Source of the DNA: Alphaproteobacteria bacterium
Lineage (GTDB): Bacteria > Pseudomonadota > Alphaproteobacteria > UBA6615
Direction of reading: 5' to 3'
Assembly (NCBI GenBank): GCA_038117045.1
Contig: JAYOFE010000015.1
Span: forward strand, 18,240 to 82,239
DNA: 64,000 nucleotides
The notes under the pieces are model-generated. The model saw only the letters and a program-made list of their open reading frames with translations, was not told the origin of the DNA and did not search any database. Positions within the stretch are counted from its first letter, which is position 1. Every line of letters begins with the position of its first letter. The position numbers were made by a program, and so were the translations under genes. Shown here in pieces: positions 1 to 11,062 of the stretch.

Positions 1-330
1 GTTGAGGATCTCGGGATCGGCATGAGCCGCCAGGGCCAGCGGTTGCATCAGCGGATGCGCATCGGTGATTTCCGAACGGGCCAGCGAGAGCTCGTCGACA
101 CGCCCGGCGAACTCGGCAACCAGCCGCTCGCGTGTGGCCGCATCGCCGACAAGACGGCCCGCAGCGCCACCGGTGAACTCGTTCAGCGTGCGGGTTGCCT
201 CATCGATATGCCCGCCGAGCCGCTGCAGGTATGCCTGCACGAAGGCCGGCCCCTGGGCGCTGCCCGCCGCACAGACGGCAGCCACCCCGGCTCCCAGCAA
301 CGCCACGATCTTTGCCCATGCCCATCGCAT
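1..330 (-). CDS. DUF2937-like small membrane protein, 3' part cut by window edge. My own translation of the minus strand from the ATG at 330 reads MRWAWAKIVALLGAGVAAVCAAGSAQGPAFVQAYLQRLGGHIDEATRTLNEF...
   Basis: The minus-strand frame is protein-like, with a hydrophobic N-terminus and the QAYLQRLGGH motif typical of DUF2937. The opposing + ORF 22..375 is Arg/Pro-rich junk. Family assignment is from memory. Confidence 0.4.
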   Translation of the reverse strand, partial: MRWAWAKIVALLGAGVAAVCAAGSAQGPAFVQAYLQRLGGHIDEATRTLNEFTGGAAGRLVGDAATRERLVAEFAGRVDELSLARSEITDAHPLMQPLALAAHADPEILN

Positions 331-387
331 GGGCCGATGATCCGCCCGAATTGCGGCAAGGTTGTGAAGAGATGATTCCCACCTGCG

Positions 388-1863
388 TCAGCCCGCCCGG
401 GCGAGCCCCTTCTCCACCCGGACCAGAAGGAAGCGCGCGCGTTCCACCCCATGATCGAGCGCCTGCGACAGCCAGTCATGGGCCGTGGCGAGGTTCCGCG
501 ACACACCGCGTCCCTCGAAATAGAGTGCCCCGAGGTAGAACTGGGCGAGCGGGTCGCCGGCCTCCGCGAGCGGCCGCCAGATGGCATAGGCGCGCGGGAA
601 ATCCTTCGCCTCATAGGCGCGGATGCCGTCCTCGATGTCGTGCCCCGCACTAGACTCAGCAGGCACCTGAGGCGCGGGTTCAGGTGCCGCAGGCACCTCA
701 TTCACCGCAGCCTCTTCGACCTGCGCTCCTACAGCCTCAACCGGGTCCGGCGAAACGGGCCCTTCCGCCGTGTCCAGGCGTTCCTCGACCGACGCCAGTT
801 CGCGGCGCGCCGCCTCGATCTCCGCCGAGATGCGCGCCAGCTCCCGGCGGAGCGCTGCGCGCTCGGCCTGTCTCGTGGCGTGCTGGGCAAGATTCCGCGC
901 TTCCGCAGCGTCGAGCTGGGCCTGCAGCGTGCCCTGGTTCGCCATGAAACCCGGCATCTGCGCTGACAAGGCCACCGGCTCGATCCGGGTGAAGCGCTGC
1001 ACGGCACCCAGATTGGCGTTCACGCCGCCGTCGAGTGACACATCCAGCCCATCCAGCGATGCAACGACACGGGCAAGGCCGCGTGACAGGTCGGCGAGCC
1101 GGCCGCGCACATCCGCGCGCTCGGCACGCATCGCAATCAGTTCGCCTTCGGTGGCAGCCAGGTCTTCGGCGCTTGGACGGGCATTCATCTCGGCATTGAA
1201 GTCGGCCACCAGGGCCGTGTGGTCTGCACGCAGGCGCGCCGCGAGTGCAGCCGTTTTGGCACGCTCGGTCTCCGCCAGCTCCGAACGCGCCTCGGCGTTC
1301 GCCAGCTTGCGTTCCAGCTCCGCGATGCGGCGTTCGGCCTGCGACAGGTCAACGGCGTGCTGCGCCCGTGCCATCAGGCTTGGCGCCGCGTCCGTCGGGC
1401 GTGCCGGGGCGCGGACGTCCTGTTCCTGCGGGGAGGCCGGGGGCGAAGGCGGCACGGCGTTGCCGGACAGGATGGCCTCGATTCGCGCGCGCAGCCGGCT
1501 GTCCTGTGCCGCGCGGTCGGAGATTGCCTCGTAGCGCTCGACGCTCAGGCCTTCCGCATCGATCGCATCATGCATGCGAGAGCGCATTTCTCCGAACAGC
1601 GCTTCTGCGCGCTCGGGCCGCTTGGCGATGTTGGCCGCCGTGATCTTCGGCATGTAACTGTCACGCAGGGCCGAGACGGCCTGGGCCGCGCGCACGAAGG
1701 CCGACAGCGTCGCCGCGTCGTATCCCGTCTCGGCGACCGCCGCCGGCTGAGGCGAAACCCGATCTTGCGCCAGCGCACCGGTGCCGTGCAGCAGCGCCAG
1801 CAGGGTCAGGGCCACGCCCGCACCCGCAAAGAAAATCCGCGCCACCGAATCCCGTTGGTCCAT
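388..1863 (-). CDS. Secreted Sel1/TPR-repeat protein with a long Ala/Arg/Glu-rich coiled-coil region. Likely start is MDQRDSV at 1863.
   Basis: Signal-peptide-like segment FFAGAGVALTLLALLHGTGALAQ. C-terminal Sel1-like motif AQFYLGALYFEGRGVSRNLATAHDWLSQA. Central low-complexity coiled coil. Confidence 0.55.
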   Translation of the reverse strand: MDQRDSVARIFFAGAGVALTLLALLHGTGALAQDRVSPQPAAVAETGYDAATLSAFVRAAQAVSALRDSYMPKITAANIAKRPERAEALFGEMRSRMHDAIDAEGLSVERYEAISDRAAQDSRLRARIEAILSGNAVPPSPPASPQEQDVRAPARPTDAAPSLMARAQHAVDLSQAERRIAELERKLANAEARSELAETERAKTAALAARLRADHTALVADFNAEMNARPSAEDLAATEGELIAMRAERADVRGRLADLSRGLARVVASLDGLDVSLDGGVNANLGAVQRFTRIEPVALSAQMPGFMANQGTLQAQLDAAEARNLAQHATRQAERAALRRELARISAEIEAARRELASVEERLDTAEGPVSPDPVEAVGAQVEEAAVNEVPAAPEPAPQVPAESSAGHDIEDGIRAYEAKDFPRAYAIWRPLAEAGDPLAQFYLGALYFEGRGVSRNLATAHDWLSQALDHGVERARFLLVRVEKGLARAG

Positions 1864-1982
1864 GTGCCGTCTCCCGCCAGGCTGCATGCCTGCCTTCGGC
1901 CTGCACACAGCAATGCAGCGCACAGCTTCGCGGCCGCACGCTTAGGGAGCGGTTAAGAAACGGGCAAGTTTTAGGAAATCGG

Positions 1983-2525
1983 CTAGCCGATCACCTTGGA
2001 GATGTATTCACGCCGCTCCTGGGCCGGCATGAACCCGGGCGTCTCACGGACATGCGCCTCGGTCTCGGCGACGATCTCGTCGACCGGCTTCGACAGGTCG
2101 AAAGGGTGTGCATGGGGCTGCGGCACATGCCAGGGCGTGTGCGTGTAGACCTCGATCCGGTTGCCCGCCGGGTCGTTGAAATAGCAGGACCACGCATTGC
2201 CATGGGTGACCATGCGGTCGGGCGCACAGCCGGCCTCGCTGATGCGGCTGTGCATTTCCTTCAACTCATCGAGGGAGTCGACCAGAAAGGAGATCTGCTG
2301 CGACATGCGCGGCGTGTCCGGGTCCGGCCCACCCTCCAGCAGCACGAACTGATGATGTTCGTCAGGCGTCGCCGACATGAACACGATGCGCGCATTGTCC
2401 GGCCCGAAGGTGCCCTCGTCGGTCACCGTGAGCCCGAAAACCTTCGTGTAGAATCCCACCAGCCTGTCCATGTCCCGGGTGTACATCCCGACATGGGTGA
2501 GTTGCGGCTTTATGGCGCCGGACAT
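1983..2525 (-). CDS. VOC (glyoxalase/bleomycin resistance/extradiol dioxygenase) family protein. Probable start is the internal Met MSGAIKPQLTHVGMY.
   Basis: Motif HVGMYTRDMDRLVGFYTKVFGL and a second beta-alpha-beta-beta-beta half are typical of VOC proteins. The start position is uncertain. Confidence 0.55.
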   Translation of the reverse strand: MSGAIKPQLTHVGMYTRDMDRLVGFYTKVFGLTVTDEGTFGPDNARIVFMSATPDEHHQFVLLEGGPDPDTPRMSQQISFLVDSLDELKEMHSRISEAGCAPDRMVTHGNAWSCYFNDPAGNRIEVYTHTPWHVPQPHAHPFDLSKPVDEIVAETEAHVRETPGFMPAQERREYISKVIG

Positions 2526-2640
2526 GGCCTGCCTCCCGTCAGTTCGGACCACACGGACGCCCTCCGCGCCCGCGTGACCACGATAGTCGGGAATTACGTT
2601 GCCGGGCTCCTTGATCCCGGTCAATCGGCGAAGACTGCCG

Positions 2641-3444
2641 CTAGGCCGCGTGCACCGCGTCGATATGGGCGAACAGCGCCGCGTCGAACTGCGCCGGGTT
2701 CTCGACGTTGGAGATGTGGGAGGCCGGATCGACGATCACGCATTTGGACCCCGGCACCAGCGCCTGCATCTCGCGCGATGCCTCGGGCGGCGTGCTGCCG
2801 TCGCTCGCGCCGGTCATGAACAGCGCCGGGACGGAGATCGACGCCATGCCCGCTCGGAAATCCAGCTTCTGCAGGGCCTGCCCGCAGCCGGTATAGCCCT
2901 CGACTGAGGTCTCGCGGATCATCCTGCGGATGTCATCCAGCGCGCCGGCGTTCTCCGGCTTGTCCCGGAACCCGTCCGTGAACCAGCGCGCGACGGTCGG
3001 CTCGACCAGCGCCTCCATGCCCTTCTCACGCGCAATCGCCATGCGGTCGATCCACAGCGCGGCCCATTCCGGCGGTGCCCAGCAGCGCGCGTCACAGGCC
3101 GTCAGGCTGAGCAGCCGGTCCCCGTGGGAAATGGCCACGCCCAGGCCGGTCATCCCGCCGAGCGACAGGCCCACATAATGGGCCTTGCCGATCCCGACCG
3201 CGTCCATCAGCGCGATCACATCGCCGACCAGCATGTCGAGGCTGTACGGCCCCGGCGCGGCGTCGGTCTGGCCGTGGCCGCGCGTGTCGTAGCGCAGGAT
3301 GCGGTAACGGTCTTTCAGTTGCTCGACCTCGCCGTCCCACATGTTCACATCGGTGGTCAGCGAGTTGGAGAACACGATCCAGGGCGCGTCCTCCTTACCG
3401 TCGATCTCGTAGCGGAAACCGACTCCATTCAGGTCAATCTTCAT
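2641..3444 (-). CDS. Alpha/beta hydrolase, 3-oxoadipate enol-lactonase-like. Start at MKIDLNGVGF.
   Basis: Nucleophile-elbow motif GLSLGG. Overall layout HGQTD...GLSLGGM...VENPAQF resembles the PcaD/AB-hydrolase_1 family. Confidence 0.65.
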   Translation of the reverse strand: MKIDLNGVGFRYEIDGKEDAPWIVFSNSLTTDVNMWDGEVEQLKDRYRILRYDTRGHGQTDAAPGPYSLDMLVGDVIALMDAVGIGKAHYVGLSLGGMTGLGVAISHGDRLLSLTACDARCWAPPEWAALWIDRMAIAREKGMEALVEPTVARWFTDGFRDKPENAGALDDIRRMIRETSVEGYTGCGQALQKLDFRAGMASISVPALFMTGASDGSTPPEASREMQALVPGSKCVIVDPASHISNVENPAQFDAALFAHIDAVHAA

Positions 3445-3472
3445 AGGTCTTACCGGTTCGGGTTCAGGGCTT

Positions 3473-5269
3473 CTAGCTAGCCTTCGGCGGCAGCACCTTG
3501 CGCAGGTGCAGTTCCTTGAGCCGCGCGTCATCAACTTCCGCCGGGGCGCCCATCATCAGGTCCTCGGCGCGCTGGTTCATCGGGAAGGCGATGACCTCGC
3601 GGATGTTCGGCTCGTCGGCCAGCAGCATGACGATGCGGTCGATGCCCGGGGCTGAGCCGCCGTGAGGCGGGGCGCCGAAGCGGAAGGCGTTGAACATGCC
3701 CGCAAACTCGGTCTCGACCGTGTTGCGGTCGTAGCCCGCGATCTCGAAGGCCTTCACCATGATGTCCGGGCGGTGGTTCCGGATCGCACCGGAAGACAGC
3801 TCCACGCCGTTGCAGACGATGTCGTACTGCCAGGCGAGGATATCGAGCGGGTCCTTGGTCTCCAGCGCCTCCATCTCCCCCTGGGGCATGGAGAACGGGT
3901 TGTGGGAGAACTCGATCTTCCCGGTGTCCTTGTCCTTCTCGTACATCGGGTAGTCGACAATCCAGCAGAAGTCGTAGCGGCCCTGGGCGATCAGGCCGAG
4001 GTCCTGGCCGATGCGCGTGCGCGCCTTGCCGGCCAGGTCAGCCGCGGCCCCGGGGTCACCGGCGGAGAAGAACACGGCGTCGCCGTCACTCAGGCCCGCC
4101 AGTTCCTTCAGCTTCTCGAGGCGGTCACCGGCCACGAACTTGGCGATCGGGCCCTTGCCCTCGCCGCCTTCCAGCACGATGTAGCCGAGTCCCGGCGCGC
4201 CTTCCTCGCGCGCCCAGTCGTTCATCTTGTCGAACCAGCTTCGCGGCTGGGACGCGGCGCCCGGCGCGGGAATGGCGCGCACGGTGCCGCCCTTCTCCAC
4301 CAGCCCGGCGAAAATCTTGAAGTCCGACCCGGCGAAGACATCCGGCACGTCGGCGATGACGATGGGGTTGCGCAGGTCCGGCTTGTCGGATCCGTATTTC
4401 AGAAGGGCCTCGGCATAGGGGATACGCGGGAACGGCGTCGGCGTGACGGCCCACGGGGCCTCGCGGTTAAAGCCCGCAAATTCCTCGAAGACGCCCGCGA
4501 TCACCGGCTCGATGGCGTTGAACACGTCGTCCTGGGTCGCGAAGGCCATCTCGAAGTCGAGCTGGTAGAACTCGCCCGGCGAGCGGTCGGCTCGCGCATC
4601 CTCGTCGCGGAAGCACGGCGCGATCTGAAAATACTTGTCGAAGCCCGCGACCATCAGCAGCTGCTTGAACTGCTGCGGGGCCTGCGGCAACGCGTAGAAC
4701 TTGCCCGGATGCAGGCGCGACGGCACGAGATAGTCGCGTGCGCCTTCCGGCGAAGAGGCCGTCAGGATCGGGGTCTGGAACTCGCGGAAGCCCTGGTCGA
4801 TCATCCGGCGACGGATCGAGGAAATCACGTCCGAGCGCAGCGCGATGTTGCGCGCGACCTTCTCGCGGCGCAGGTCCAGATAGCGGTAACGCAGGCGGAT
4901 ATCCTCGCCCGTGTCCTCGTCCGAGTTCACCTGCAGCGGCAGCACGTCCGCCGGGGATTCCACGACCAGTTCGGCGATCTGCACCTCGATGCGGCCGGTG
5001 GGGATGGCCTCGTTCACCGTCTCCGCGGTGCGCTTGACCACCGGGCCGGTGACCGTCAGGACCGATTCCACACGCGCGCCCTCGACAGCCTTGAAATGCG
5101 GGCTGGAGGTGTCCACCACGCACTGGGTGATGCCGAACGGATCGCGCAGGTCCACGAACAGCAGGTTGCCGTGGTCGCGCTTGCGTTGAATCCATCCCGA
5201 CAGGCGCACGGTCTCGCCCGCGTGGTCCTCGCGCAGTTCGCCGCAGTTATGGGATCGGTACGGATGCAT
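3473..5269 (-). CDS. aspS: Aspartyl-tRNA synthetase
   Basis: N-terminal anticodon-binding OB fold ([21 protein letters not shown]...[13 protein letters not shown]). Class II aaRS motifs FRDED and GGSAPGIDR are present. Length ~598 aa. ATG at 5267-5269 verified on the sequence. Confidence 0.9.
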   Translation of the reverse strand: MHPYRSHNCGELREDHAGETVRLSGWIQRKRDHGNLLFVDLRDPFGITQCVVDTSSPHFKAVEGARVESVLTVTGPVVKRTAETVNEAIPTGRIEVQIAELVVESPADVLPLQVNSDEDTGEDIRLRYRYLDLRREKVARNIALRSDVISSIRRRMIDQGFREFQTPILTASSPEGARDYLVPSRLHPGKFYALPQAPQQFKQLLMVAGFDKYFQIAPCFRDEDARADRSPGEFYQLDFEMAFATQDDVFNAIEPVIAGVFEEFAGFNREAPWAVTPTPFPRIPYAEALLKYGSDKPDLRNPIVIADVPDVFAGSDFKIFAGLVEKGGTVRAIPAPGAASQPRSWFDKMNDWAREEGAPGLGYIVLEGGEGKGPIAKFVAGDRLEKLKELAGLSDGDAVFFSAGDPGAAADLAGKARTRIGQDLGLIAQGRYDFCWIVDYPMYEKDKDTGKIEFSHNPFSMPQGEMEALETKDPLDILAWQYDIVCNGVELSSGAIRNHRPDIMVKAFEIAGYDRNTVETEFAGMFNAFRFGAPPHGGSAPGIDRIVMLLADEPNIREVIAFPMNQRAEDLMMGAPAEVDDARLKELHLRKVLPPKAS

Positions 5270-5406
5270 TTTCAGTCTCGAATTCCTTGGAAATCCCCGG
5301 GTATCCCGGCGCGCGCCAATGGCCATGGATCGCGGGGTCGTGTCAAGGCTTGGCGCGGTGCCGCCCGCCTTCCCGCACTTGCCGGAATCCTGTAGAAACG
5401 CCCGTC

Positions 5407-6558
5407 ATGAACGTCATTACCGATTCGAGCGCGCTCTCCGCCTTCTGCGATTCCCTGCGCGACGCCGACTACATCACCGTCGATACCGAGTTCATGCGCG
5501 AGAGCACTTTCTGGCCGCAGCTCTGCCTCGTGCAGGTGGCCGGCCCGGAGGACGAGGCGATCATTGACCCGCTCGCCGACGGGATCGACATGTCCCCGCT
5601 CTATGACCTGATCGCGGATGACAACGTCCTCAAGGTCATGCACGCGGCCACCCAGGACATCGAGATTTTCCACCATGAGGCGGGCGTGACGCCCAGGCCC
5701 CTGTTCGACACCCAGGTGGCCGCCATGGTGGCCGGTTTCGGCGACCAGGTCGGCTACGAAGGCCTGATCTCCAAGCTTGCCAAGGTGAGCCTCGACAAGG
5801 CGAGCCGGTTTACCGACTGGTCTGCACGCCCGCTGTCCGACTCCCAGCTTGAATACGCGCTGGCCGACGTCACCCACCTGCGCCCGGCCTACGAGAAGCT
5901 GCGCGCGCGGATCGAGGAGAACGGCCGCATCGCCTGGGTCGAGCAGGAGATGATCGACCTCGCCGCGCCCGAGAAGTACGAAGTGCGGCCCGAGGAAGCC
6001 TGGCGGCGCCTGAAGCCCAAGCGCAACCAGCCGCGTTTCCTCGCCGTGCTGCAGGCCGTGTCCGCGTGGCGCGAGCGCGAGGCGATGAACCGCGACCTGC
6101 CCCGCAACCGGGTCATCCGCGACGAGGTCATCAACCAGATCGCCGCCCGCCCCCCGGAAAACCCCAAGGCACTGTCACGCGTGCGCGGCATTCCCAAGGG
6201 CTTCGTCGAGGGCAAGCTGGGCCGTGGCCTGATGGAGGCTATCGAGGCCGGGCTGGACCTGCCGGCGAATGAGGCGCCCGAACTGCCGCCGTTGCCCGAA
6301 CTTCCGCCTGGCGCGGGCCCGCTGATGGACCTTCTGAAGGTCCTGCTGAAGTACAAGTGCGACCGCCACCAGGTGGCCCAGAAGCTGGTCGCGACGGTGC
6401 CCGACCTGGAAGCCATCGCCGCCGACGACGACGCCGATGTGCCCGCCATGAAGGGCTGGCGTCGCGAGCTGTTCGGGGATGATGCACTGCGACTCAAGCG
6501 CGGGGAGATCGCGCTGGCCGCGGGCCACGGCAAGGTCCGCGTGGTGGAACTCGACTAG
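5407..6558 (+). CDS. rnd: Ribonuclease D
   Basis: DEDD 3'-5' exonuclease motifs: ITVDTEFMRE and LKVMHAATQDIE. Followed by an HRDC-like region. ATG at 5407 verified. Confidence 0.8.
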   Translation: MNVITDSSALSAFCDSLRDADYITVDTEFMRESTFWPQLCLVQVAGPEDEAIIDPLADGIDMSPLYDLIADDNVLKVMHAATQDIEIFHHEAGVTPRPLFDTQVAAMVAGFGDQVGYEGLISKLAKVSLDKASRFTDWSARPLSDSQLEYALADVTHLRPAYEKLRARIEENGRIAWVEQEMIDLAAPEKYEVRPEEAWRRLKPKRNQPRFLAVLQAVSAWREREAMNRDLPRNRVIRDEVINQIAARPPENPKALSRVRGIPKGFVEGKLGRGLMEAIEAGLDLPANEAPELPPLPELPPGAGPLMDLLKVLLKYKCDRHQVAQKLVATVPDLEAIAADDDADVPAMKGWRRELFGDDALRLKRGEIALAAGHGKVRVVELD

Positions 6559-8054
6559 AGGCCCTTGCCCTCGATCCGGCCCTCGCGGCCGAAGCGGCGG
6601 GCCAGCGATGCGAACCGGCTGCGCACGACATCGCCCACAAGCGCGGCATGGCCGTTCTGCATTTTCAGGATGACTTCGCTGTCGGTCAGCTTGAGTTCCG
6701 CGCCGGTCAGCAGGTGGGCATTGCCGGCCGTCAGTGTCTCGGCCATGCGGAGGGCCGCGCCGAGCTTGCGCGCCCATGCGATGTCGTCTTCTGTCAGCAG
6801 CGCCTCAGCGGTGCGCAGTGACGGGTCGCTCATCGACCCGCCGTAGCGGCGATACACGGCCAGCGCGATGCGGGTCTTTTCCTCATGGGTCAGCGCCAGC
6901 AGCGGCAGGCGGAGGATGCGGAAATAGACCTGCTCGGCCCGGTAGTCAGGGTGCTCGTGCCAGCCGATATCGGCCAGCAGGCAGGCAGCCAGTCGCAGGC
7001 GTGTGACGGTGGGGGGTTCGTCCGGGAAGAGCGGCGCAACCCAGTCGAAAATGCTCTCCCCCATTCCGGTAAACCGGCTCTCGCGCTCGGAAAACTGCTC
7101 GCAGGCGACAATCAGGGGGTCAGGCGCGCGCTGCTGCTTGTTCAGGGTCTCGTAAAGCCGGCCTTCACGGATACCCAGTGCCGAGAACACGATCTGCTCG
7201 GCGCGCGAGGCGGCGATCAGCCGCTGCAGGACGGAGGCCGCAATGGGAAGCGTCGTGGCGCGTGCTTTCGGTACCACATCGATGCGTGCCAACGTCTCCG
7301 CGCCCAGCCCGGCAACCACATCGCAGAACTCCCGGGCCTCGCGCCCGGTGATCCGGTAGTTGTGAATGACCCTCAAGGGGTAACCGGTCTGCACCATGTG
7401 GAGCCGTGCAAGCGCGCGCCAGGCACCACCAACGATGTAGATCGCGCCACCCTTCACCGCATCGGCCAGCCAATCGAGATCGGCCAGCGCTTCGTCAACC
7501 GTCGACACGATATCCTTGCGGTCGTCGCCCACCGTTGCCAGCAGGCGCAACGGACCCAGCGGGAGTGTACTGAAGGCGCCCATCTCGCCGCCGGAAAGCG
7601 CCGCGAGTTCCAGACTGCCGCCGCCGAGATCGGCCGCGATACCGCGTGCATCCGGCAGGCCGCACAGGACGCCCGAAGCGGCCAGCCGCGCCTCCTCGTC
7701 CCCGTCGAGCTGGACAACAGTCTGGCCGAAAATCTTCTCGACCTTCCTGAGGAATTGCGGGCCGTCCTCCGCCTCGCGGGTCGCGGCGGTCGCAAGGATC
7801 GCCACGTCATCAATGTCCATGGACCGGGTGATGGCCGCGAAACGTGGCAGGTTCGCCAGCGCCTGCTCGACGCCCTCTGCATGCAGGCGCCCGGTGCGTG
7901 CCATGTCGCGGCCGATGCCGCAGATCACGCGCTCGTTGAACACCGCGACGGGCGCACGGGTTCGGTCCCGGAACACGACCAGACGGATCGAGTTCGAGCC
8001 GATATCCACGACCGCCGCCGGGCGGCCGTCAGCGTCTTCAGAATTGGCGGCCAT
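6555..8054 (-). CDS. ppx: Exopolyphosphatase / Ppx-GppA family phosphatase
   Basis: N-terminal AAVVDIGSNSIRLVVF (actin-like ATPase fold of Ppx/GppA). ~499 aa. Located immediately downstream of ppk, as in the E. coli ppk-ppx operon. Confidence 0.8.
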   Translation of the reverse strand: MAANSEDADGRPAAVVDIGSNSIRLVVFRDRTRAPVAVFNERVICGIGRDMARTGRLHAEGVEQALANLPRFAAITRSMDIDDVAILATAATREAEDGPQFLRKVEKIFGQTVVQLDGDEEARLAASGVLCGLPDARGIAADLGGGSLELAALSGGEMGAFSTLPLGPLRLLATVGDDRKDIVSTVDEALADLDWLADAVKGGAIYIVGGAWRALARLHMVQTGYPLRVIHNYRITGREAREFCDVVAGLGAETLARIDVVPKARATTLPIAASVLQRLIAASRAEQIVFSALGIREGRLYETLNKQQRAPDPLIVACEQFSERESRFTGMGESIFDWVAPLFPDEPPTVTRLRLAACLLADIGWHEHPDYRAEQVYFRILRLPLLALTHEEKTRIALAVYRRYGGSMSDPSLRTAEALLTEDDIAWARKLGAALRMAETLTAGNAHLLTGAELKLTDSEVILKMQNGHAALVGDVVRSRFASLARRFGREGRIEGKGL

Positions 8055-8087
8055 GGCCGCGTAAATGCCCTGATTTGGGTGGAAACG

Positions 8088-10331
8088 CTAGTCCGGGTGC
8101 GCCAGAAGCTGCGGCGCACTGCCCGGCTTCTTGAGCGCGCTTCCGCGCCCGGAGAGGCTGGGATTGGTCATGAAATAATTGTGCGCGCTGAATGGTTCCT
8201 GCTCGCCACTCGTGTCGATCCGGGTGTAGGTGCCGTCGGCACTCATTTCCCAGCTTTGGGCGCGATCCAGCAGATTCGCAACCAGGATCTGGTCGAGGAT
8301 CTGCTGGTGAACCGTATCGTTCTCGATGGGCACCAGGGTCTCGACCCGGCGATCCAGATTGCGGGGCATCCAGTCGGCCGACGAGATGTAGACCTTGGAC
8401 TGCGGGGAAGGCAGTTCCTCGCCGTTTCCGAAGGCGGCGATGCGCGCATGCTCCAGGAACCGGCCGATGATGCTGGTGACCTCGATGTTCTCGCTCAGGC
8501 CCGGCACACCCGGCCGCAGGCAGCAAATGCCGCGGATGACCAGTCGGATCGCCACGCCGGCCTGTGAGGCACGATAGAGCGCATCGATGATGTCGCCGTC
8601 GACGAGGCTGTTCAGCTTGGCCCAGATTTCCGCCGGCCGGCCGGCGCGCGCATGGGCGATCTCGGCCTCGATGTTCTTCATCAGGGTTTCGCGCAGGTTG
8701 ATCGGCGCGACCGCGACCTTCTCCAACTCCTCGGGCCGGGCATAGCCGGTCATGAAGTTGAACACCCGCGAGGCGTCCCGGCACAGCGCGGGGTCCTGCG
8801 TGAAGTAGCTGAGGTCCGTGTAGATGCGCGCGGTGATCGGGTGGTAGTTGCCCGTGCCGAAGTGCACATAGCTGCGCAGGTCGTTGCCCTCGCGACGGTG
8901 CACGAGGCTGATCTTGGCGTGGGTCTTCAGGTCGATGAAACCGTATACGATCTGCACGCCCGCGCGTTCCAGTTCGCGCGCCCAGCGGATGTTGGCCTCC
9001 TCGTCGAAACGCGCCTTCAGTTCCACCAGCGCGGTCACGTTCTTGCCCGCCTCGGCCGCCTCGATAAGGGCATGCACGATCGGCGAGTCCTCGGACGTGC
9101 GGTAGAGCGTCTGCTTGATCGCCACGACCTGCGGGTCGCGCGCGGCCTGGCGCAGGAACTGGACCACCACGTCGAAGGATTCGAACGGGTGGTGAACCAC
9201 GATGTCCTTGGTCCGGATCGCGGCAAAGCAGTCGCCTGCGAAGTCGCGGATACGCTCGGGAAAGCGGATGTTAAAGGGCTGGAACAGCAGGTCTCGCCGC
9301 TCGTCGATAATGAGTTCCTTGGTCCGGTCCAGCCCCGGCAGGCCTTCGAGCACAAAGACATCGCGCTCGTCGATGTCGCTCTCGTCGGTCACGAACTTGC
9401 GAAGGCTTTCCGGCATTTCCTGGTCGAAGGTCAGGCGGATCACCGATCCGCGCCGGCGGCGCTTCAGCGCGCTTTCGAACAGCCGCACGAGGTCTTCGGC
9501 CTCTTCCAGGATCTCGATGTCACTGTCGCGGATGACCCGGAAGGTCCCCTTGCCGCGCACCTCGAATCCCGGGAACAGGCGGTCGAGGAACAGGCCGACG
9601 CAATGCTCAAGCAGGATGAAGCGCGGCCGTTCGCCCGGCAGCCGGATGAAGCGTTCGATCTGGCCCGGTAGCGGCAGCAGGCCGATCATCGCCCGGTTGT
9701 CGGACGCCCGGTAGAGCTCCAGCGCGAGCGCAAGACCCAGGTTCGGGATGAACGGGAACGGGTGCGCCGGGTCAACGGCCAACGGCGTCAGCACCGGAAA
9801 TATCTGCGACATGAACCGGGACTCGAGCCATTCGGTCTCGTCGCCGGTCATCTCGCCTGAATCGATCACGGACACATCCTTGTTGCGCAGCTCCCTGCGC
9901 AGCTCACGCCAGATCCGCTGCTGCTCGTCCATCAACAGGCCGGCGCGTTCGTTGATCGCGGCAAGCTGTTCGCCCGGCGACATGCCTTCCTGGCTGGGGG
10001 TCGAGACACCCGCCGCCACCTGGCCTTTCAGGCCGGCCACACGGACCATATAGAATTCGTCGAGGTTGGACGCCGAGATCGACAGGAAACGCAGGCGTTC
10101 CAGCAGCGGATGGGTGGCGTTCTCCGCCTCCTCCAGCACGCGCTCGTTGAAAGCAAGCCAGGACAGCTCCCGATTGATGAAGCGTTCGGGCGAGTCCGCC
10201 GCAATCTCGACGGCAGGGACTTCGTTGATGATTGTATCTTCGGCGACCACGCGATCACTTTCAGCCAGAGTTCGGCGCAATGGTATTGCGCGATACGGCA
10301 AGAAGCCAATGGCTTGCGAACATGTCCGCAA
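8088..10331 (-). CDS. ppk: Polyphosphate kinase 1
   Basis: [20 protein letters not shown]...[26 protein letters not shown] is a classic PPK1 N-domain. Two PLD-like HKD regions lie downstream. The true start may be downstream of the track's 10331. Confidence 0.85.
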   Translation of the reverse strand: MRTCSQAIGFLPYRAIPLRRTLAESDRVVAEDTIINEVPAVEIAADSPERFINRELSWLAFNERVLEEAENATHPLLERLRFLSISASNLDEFYMVRVAGLKGQVAAGVSTPSQEGMSPGEQLAAINERAGLLMDEQQRIWRELRRELRNKDVSVIDSGEMTGDETEWLESRFMSQIFPVLTPLAVDPAHPFPFIPNLGLALALELYRASDNRAMIGLLPLPGQIERFIRLPGERPRFILLEHCVGLFLDRLFPGFEVRGKGTFRVIRDSDIEILEEAEDLVRLFESALKRRRRGSVIRLTFDQEMPESLRKFVTDESDIDERDVFVLEGLPGLDRTKELIIDERRDLLFQPFNIRFPERIRDFAGDCFAAIRTKDIVVHHPFESFDVVVQFLRQAARDPQVVAIKQTLYRTSEDSPIVHALIEAAEAGKNVTALVELKARFDEEANIRWARELERAGVQIVYGFIDLKTHAKISLVHRREGNDLRSYVHFGTGNYHPITARIYTDLSYFTQDPALCRDASRVFNFMTGYARPEELEKVAVAPINLRETLMKNIEAEIAHARAGRPAEIWAKLNSLVDGDIIDALYRASQAGVAIRLVIRGICCLRPGVPGLSENIEVTSIIGRFLEHARIAAFGNGEELPSPQSKVYISSADWMPRNLDRRVETLVPIENDTVHQQILDQILVANLLDRAQSWEMSADGTYTRIDTSGEQEPFSAHNYFMTNPSLSGRGSALKKPGSAPQLLAHPD

Positions 10332-10369
10332 AACATGACAACTACATGACAGTTAGATGACGCGCGCGT

Positions 10370-11050
10370 CTAACGCTCGATTTCGTTCAGAACTTCGCGG
10401 ACCAGCGGCACCGTGACGGGACGTTGCCGGGCCAGTGCGGCGGCATCCAGTTGCGCGACGATTCGCGAAACGGCCTCGAACGAGCGTTCCATGCGCGCGA
10501 CGAGGTAGGAGACGACCCCTTCCCCGACCCGCAATTGCCGGTCCTGGAACTGCTTCACGAGCAGCGCGGCCAGCAACGGATCGTCCGGTGCGGCGATCGC
10601 CGCCGCGGGAAGGGCCTTGAGGCGGGAAGACAGGTCCGCCAGCGCGATCTGCCAATGTGCCGGCGCACGCGCGGCGGCGATCAGCAATCCGCCCTCCGTT
10701 TCCAGCATGTAGTTGTAGAGGTGAAGCAGCGCCTCCTCGCCCTCGCGGTCGCCCGCCAGCTGTTCGGCGTCGTCCACAAAGATACGCGCTGTGCGGGCCC
10801 GCAGGGCCGCCGCGTCATGGGCCCGGACGGTTGCCGCATCGACGATGTCCGCCCCCGACGCCGCGCACCAGACATGGCCGAGATGGGTCTTGCCAGCGCC
10901 CGCCGGCCCCCAGATCAGCAGGGCCGCCATCGGCCAGTCGGGCCAGCGGTCGATCCATTCCACCGCCGCCATGTTGCATTCGGACACAAGGAAATCCGCA
11001 CGACCGCGTGCGGTCCGGTGGCCGAGATCGAGGGTGAGTTGCTGGGTCAC
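10370..11050 (-). CDS. hdaA: DnaA-homolog Hda/HdaA (regulatory inactivation of DnaA)
   Basis: Short AAA+ protein (226 aa). Walker A motif GPAGAGKTHL. N-terminal QLTLDL is typical of Hda. Conserved linkage to purMN. Confidence 0.7.
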   Translation of the reverse strand: MTQQLTLDLGHRTARGRADFLVSECNMAAVEWIDRWPDWPMAALLIWGPAGAGKTHLGHVWCAASGADIVDAATVRAHDAAALRARTARIFVDDAEQLAGDREGEEALLHLYNYMLETEGGLLIAAARAPAHWQIALADLSSRLKALPAAAIAAPDDPLLAALLVKQFQDRQLRVGEGVVSYLVARMERSFEAVSRIVAQLDAAALARQRPVTVPLVREVLNEIER

Positions 11051-11062
11051 GAAGCCGCCCGA

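Noticed and set aside
22-375. 117-aa + strand ORF at the window start
   Set aside because: The translation is Arg/Pro-rich junk. The opposite strand gives a protein-like DUF2937-type sequence with a proper ATG.
3662-5395. 577-aa + strand ORF antisense to aspS, and similar long antisense ORFs: 6885..8567, 8652..9671, 10424..11983, 19004..19858, 31059..33209, 44038..46278, 46002..47228, 46727..48532, 50817..52238, 52696..54327, 55624..56856, 56682..57881, 62695..63597.
   Set aside because: All are Arg/Ala/Gly/Pro-rich low-complexity translations lying opposite well-supported conserved genes. This is a typical stop-codon-poor artefact of ~65% GC DNA.
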